This document shows, piece by piece, positions 59,401 through 64,000 of a stretch of DNA of 64,000 nt. The position numbers were made by a program, and so were the translations under genes. The notes under the pieces were generated by a model that was given only the letters and a program-made list of their open reading frames with translations, searched no databases and was not told the DNA's origin. Positions within the stretch are counted from its first letter, which is position 1. Each line of letters begins with the position of its first letter. This DNA comes from Blastocladiella emersonii ATCC 22665. Taxonomy: Eukaryota; Fungi; Blastocladiomycota. The DNA lies in NCBI GenBank assembly GCA_025594325.1, contig JANHCV010000001.1:2170001-2234000 (forward strand), in the 5' to 3' direction.

Positions 59401-62400
59401 GGCGACCTCAGTGGCGGTCGTCTCGGTCGTCTCGATCGTGGTCGTGGTCTCGACAGTCTCGGTGGTGGTGGTGTGCACCTCCGAAACGGTCTCGGTCGAC
59501 GACGACTCGGCGGTGGCCGCCTCGGTCGACTCAACGACGACGGCCTGCTCCGAAACGACCTCGGTGGCCTCGACAACGACGGCAGCGGCCTCCGAAACGA
59601 CCTCGGTGGTCTCGGTGGTCTCGACGGCGACGATAGTCTCCTCGGAAACGACCTCGGTGGCGACGGTCTCGACCGACTCGGTGGTGGTCGACTCGACGAC
59701 GACAGTCTCCTCGGAAACGACCTCGGTCGACTCGGTGGTGATGGTCTGGACCTCCGAAACGACCTCGGTGGTCTCGACGGCGACCTGCGTCTCCTCGGAA
59801 ACGACCTCGGTGGCGACAGTCTCGACCGACTCGACAACGACAGTCTCCTCGGAAACAACCTCCGTGGTCTCGGCCGACTCGACAACGACCTCGGTGGTGG
59901 TCGTGGTGGTCTCGACGGCGGCGACGGTCTCGGTGCACTCGACCTCGGCGGCGGCGGCGGCCTCCGAAACGACGACCTCGGCGTGGATCTCCGTGGCCTC
60001 GACGGCAATGGCGCGCTCGGCAACGACCTCGGTCGACTCGTGGACCTCGTGGACCTCGGTGGTGGTGGTCTCGGTCGTCTCGGTCGTCTCGATCGTGGTC
60101 GTGGTGGTGTGCACCTCCGAAACGGCCTCGGTCGACGACGACGCGGTCGACTCGACGACGGCCGTGGTCTCGGCGGTCTCGGTGACCTCGGTGGCCTCGA
60201 CAACGACGGCGGCAGCCTCCGAAACGACCTCGGTGGCGATCTCGACCGACTCGATAGTCTCGGTGGTCTCGACGGCAACCTGGGTCTCCGAAACGACCTC
60301 GGTCGACTCGACAACGACCTCGGTGGTGGTCTCGGTCGTCTCGACCGTCTCGACCGTCTCGGTGGTGGTCTGGACCGTCTCGGTCGACTCGACGACGACG
60401 GCGGCGGCGGCCTGCTCCGAAACGACCTCGGTGGACTCGACGACGACCTCGGTGGCGGTCTCGGTCGACTCGACGGCGGTAACGACCTCGGCCGACTCGA
60501 CAACGACCTCGGTGGTGGTCTCCGAGACGATCTCGGCGGTCTCGACGACTTCGGCCGTGCACTCGGCAGCGACGGCCACGTTCTCGACGTTTTCCTCGGC
60601 GACGACGATGTCGCGGTGGTCGGCGTCGGCCTTGACCGTCTCGATGGTGATCTCCTCGGTCGTGACAGTGGCCTCGACCTGCTCGGTATCCTCCATGGTC
60701 TCGCACTCGGTGGTGGCGGCGGCCTTGGAGAAACCGATGCCGCGGGACGACTCCTCAGCGACGACAGTGGTCTCGACGGTGGCCGATGACGAGGCGGAGG
60801 TCGTGGTGGTGGTGGTAGTGGTCGACGACGACGACGACGACTTGGACACCTCAATGTGCTTCTGGATGAGCACCTGGAGCTCCTTGACCTCGGAGACGAG
60901 GGTGTCGCGCTCGGTGGTGACCTGGACGAGCTGGGTGCGGACCGAGGCGAGCTCGGAGACGAGCGTGTTGCGCTCCTCAATGAGCTTGGTGTAGTCGACG
61001 CGGAGCGTGGAGCGCTCCTCGGCCCAGTGGTTCTCCTTGGTGAGGAGGGCCTCGCACCACTCGTTGTGCTGGGCGGCCATGGCCTCAGCGTGGGTGCACT
61101 CGATGGTGGTGATGCGCTTGGCCGTGGCCTCGTGGATGGCCTCGAGCTCCTGGGCGTGGGCCTCCGTGAGCTGAGTGATCTCGGCCTTGAGCGCCTCGAT
61201 CTCGGCGCGCAGCGACTCGGCCTTGTCCTGGACGTTGGCGGCGGTGGTGGCCGAGGCGTCGGTCTCGCCGATGGCGGCCGAGGGGAACTCGGACAGCTTG
61301 GACACGAGCTCGAAGTTCTTCTCGGTGAGCGACTGCTGGACGGCGAGCAGGTGCGCGTTCTCCTTCCGCAGGGCCTCGAGCTCCTGGCCGAGCTCCGAGA
61401 TGCCGGCCTCGAGGGTGAACTTGGCGTTCTCGAGGGCCTGGACGCGGTCGGCGGTGACGCGCAGCTCCGACACGGTGACTTGGAGGGTGGCGATCTCCTT
61501 GTCCTTGTTGACGTCGGCCTCCTTGAGGTCGCGCGAGTGCTTCTCGATCATGGCGTTGTACTGCTCGGCAAAGTGGGTCGAGATCTCGGCAATCTCGGCG
61601 GCACCACGGTTCTGCAGCGTCGCGAGCTCCTTCTTGGCGGCCTCGAGCTTGTCGACGAGATCGTGGTGCTCCTCGAGCTTGCACTGGATGACGAGCGAGG
61701 TGTATGGGTCAGCATGCGGTTTGATAGAGGTAAGGGGTAAGAACTGAGCGAGAGTCACACGTACGATCTTGTCCTCCTGGACCGACTGAATCTGGGCGTC
61801 GATGGCGCGCGCGCTCTGGTCGAGCTCGTCGGCGCGCTGGACCGACGCGGCGAGGGCCTCCTGCACCTGGATGAGGGTGGCGCGGGTCTCCTCGAGGGTG
61901 GTGGTGAGCTTGAGCATCTCGGCGGCGTGAGCCTCGTGCAGGGCAGCCATCTCGGCGCGGTGGGTGGCCGAGACCGACTCGAGCTCGGCGGCGTGCGAGG
62001 CCTGGAGCGAGGCGAGGGTGGCGGCGACCGAGTCCTCGGTGTGGACGCAGGCCGTGGCGATGGTGGCGGCGGCGCCGCCCTCGGACGACGAGTCGCCGTT
62101 GGCGGCGGCGGCCGTGGCGCTGACCTTGGCGAGGGTCGAGCGGCACTCGCCGAGCTCGGCCGAGTGCTTGGCGGTGAGCACGGCGACCTGGGCCTCGTGC
62201 GCCTGGGCGAGCTCCTCGCACGCGTGCAGGTGCTGCGTCGCGAGCGTCTGCTTGAGCTCCTCCATCTCGCGTGCGTGCTCGAGGCGGACGGCCTCGAGGT
62301 CGACGGTCACGACGCTGACGACGGTGCCGGTCTCGGAGACCTGGCTGGTCGAGTTGTCGTGCTCGCTGGCCGCGGCCGTGGCCGGGCGCGACGCGTCCTC

Positions 62401-63386
62401 GTGCTCCTCGCCCGAAACCGAGTTGGCGGCCGAGGCGGAGATGAGCTTCTCCTTGAGATCGTGGTTCTGGATGGTGGTTGCAGAGAGTGCATGGTCGTTA
62501 GTAAGTTGTCGGGGATTCGACGTAAGGGAGGGAAGAGGTCCAGATCTGGCGACTGCCGACGCGCCGGCGAGACGCGTCGCCTCAGCTGAGCGGGCCGAAC
62601 GGGTGGCGCGGACAAGCGGGAACCCGAGATCAGGGCGATCATCAAGCCTCAGCCCACGTTGCGAGCCAGCGCTTGTTCGCCGCCGCTGCTGCGGAACGCC
62701 ACCCAAACCGACCGATCGCGCAACAACGCGACGCGACGGCGCGAGGGACGAGAGGAGTAGGACGAAAGAAGACGACGTACCTCCGTCTGCAGGAGCTGGA
62801 GCTGGAGCTTGAGCGACTCCATCTGCTCGAGCAGGTGCTTCTCGGCCTCACGCTTCTCGGCGACCGACGAGGTCACCTTACGCGTGGTGGTAGTCGAGCC
62901 GGCACCGGGGGCCGACGAGACCTTGCGCGCGGTCAGCGTCGACGAGCTGGTAGCGCCCGGGATGCGGCGGATCGACGAGGCGGCCGTCGTGGTGGTCGAC
63001 GAGGCGACCGAGCCCGAGGTCGGCTTCTTGGCGAGGCGCGACGCCGACGTGGTGGTCGGGCGGGCGTACGACGGCACGGCCGAGGACGACGACGAGGTCG
63101 TGGTGGTGCGCGTCTTGGCGGGACTCGAGGCGGCCGAGGTGGCGGCCGAGTGCGGCGCCGAAGACGACGTGCGGCGCGCGGCAGCCGACGACGCCGAGGA
63201 CGACGACGACGAGCTGGCGGTGGCGGCGGCCGAGTGGGCGCCTGCGCCCTCCTTGGAGGCGGCCACCGACGTGCGGCGGGCCGACGACGAGCTGGCGGCC
63301 GAGTGGGCGGCAGAGGCGCCCGAGGCGGCGGCCGAGCCCGAGGAAGCCGTCAGGCCGGTCTTGACACGGGGACCGGACGACGACAT
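38476..63386 (-). CDS. Giant ~8,127-aa protein: basic S/T/A-rich N-terminus, long coiled-coil, 13.3 x 497-aa acidic E/T/V repeats, low-complexity C-terminus; 5 exons (63386-62781, 62466-61765, 61683-40359, 40280-40210, 40155-38476)
   Basis: A stop-free 22.4-kb minus frame. Four GTACG...YAG introns (62467-62780, 61684-61764, 40281-40358, 40156-40209) join the exons in phase; the CDS sums to 24,384 nt. No recognised family. Confidence 0.85.
38821..39452 (-). repeat. Three imperfect ~90-bp in-frame repeats (QQPF...AVVEEGV) in the last exon of the giant gene
   Basis: Copies at ~38821-38912, ~39118-39205 and ~39364-39452 encode QQPFRQDLLSQSTAARVPAAVVEEEGVN, QQPFRNDP...AAVVDAGVI and QQPFQHDLLSQSSAADVPSAVVEEGVN. 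Confidence 0.75.
40730..60544. repeat. Coding tandem array: 1,491-bp unit x ~13.3 copies, almost identical
   Basis: The ORF track shows identical peptides recurring at exact 1,491-bp spacing (41219, 42710 ... 59111). The only variant I found is one C/G site per unit. Confidence 0.97.
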
Positions 63387-64000
63387 GGTGTTGGTGGTGT
63401 TGGTGGTGATAATGACCTTGGTAGAAGGAGTGGAGTAGACTGGGCGGGTGCAAGGCTGCAAATCTTACACGGGGCCAGGTAGGAGGGGAGAAGGTGGAGA
63501 CTAAAGAGTACAGAGAGCTCGGCGAGCAGGGTAATACAGGAGAGACGAGAGGGGGAGGGCGGAGGGGGGATGTTCTACGGTTTTCGTTGAGGACGAAGGA
63601 GGGGAGATGGGTAACTGGTGCTGCTGACGGCGCGAATCAGCAGGCAAAGCCAACAGTGTAGGGGAGACGACGAGACAGATGAGAGGACGAGGGGGGGAGG
63701 GCGGGAGGGGGGTTGCACGGGTGCAGGGGGGTGTTGCTGGGTTGGTAGGCTTGGGTTGCGTGTATAGCTAGCGATGCGCAAAGGAGCAGGAGAGCGGGGG
63801 CCGCTCGCGGGGGGCGCTGGCGCTTTGTAGAGGTCGGGCGGTGGCGAGGCCCAACTCGGGCGGCTGCGTGTGGCTCGGCCGCAACCCTTCATCTCATGCG
63901 AGAGGTGCAAGGCGTGCCCGCGGAAATGGCCTTGTTGACGCATTTACCCTGCCCAGCTGCCATAAATAAGATCCCTCGCGCGCCAGACTCGCGGCCCAAG

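Noticed and set aside
40489-60789. 6,766-aa plus-strand ORF (G/L/D/R-rich, superficially LRR- or collagen-like)
   Set aside because: It is the antisense shadow of the GC3-biased E/T/V repeat exon. It has no independent exon structure, while the minus strand has phased introns and a coiled-coil continuation.
41219-60994. Recurrent 480-aa V/S/T-rich (+), 484-aa R/P/S-rich (-) and 135-aa R/G/H-rich (-) ORFs
   Set aside because: These are alternative frames of the same 1,491-bp tandem unit.
62467-62706. N-terminal 80 aa of the 7,467-aa ORF (GTG start)
   Set aside because: It lies inside the 314-nt intron. Splicing LLQTE/NHDLKEKL gives a continuous coiled-coil from the ATG at 63386.

Overview
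A GC-rich eukaryotic genome segment with short spliceosomal introns (about 45-80 nt, GTRNGY donors, YAG acceptors). A flagellar gene (SPEF1) together with fungal-type genes (GPI1, RTR1, GT34-like) suggests a zoosporic, early-diverging fungus; this is inference. It has three parts. (1) Positions 0.1-13 kb hold mostly housekeeping genes: a KH-domain protein, a single-TM protein, a Gag-like/RS-tail orphan, a CAMK-type kinase with a hydrophobic C-terminal tail, GCP3/Spc98, SPC2, SPEF1 and an omega-like GST. (2) Positions 13.5-28 kb are an accessory island bracketed by a ~460-bp inverted repeat pair. It holds a GT34-like glycosyltransferase, a head-to-head paralog fused behind a complete 10-TM nucleotide-sugar transporter, a ~1.2-kb-arm palindrome with an intact PIF/Harbinger transposon (TTA TSD) in its spacer, and decayed ORFs. 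(3) Positions 28.7-63.4 kb hold a WD40 gene, a DYRK kinase, RTR1, GPI1 and a giant minus-strand gene of ~8,100 aa. About 6,600 aa of it come from 13.3 almost identical 1,491-bp (497-aa) E/T/V/S/A-rich tandem units. No rRNA, tRNA or CRISPR array was recognised. All calls come from manual reading; no database searches were run.
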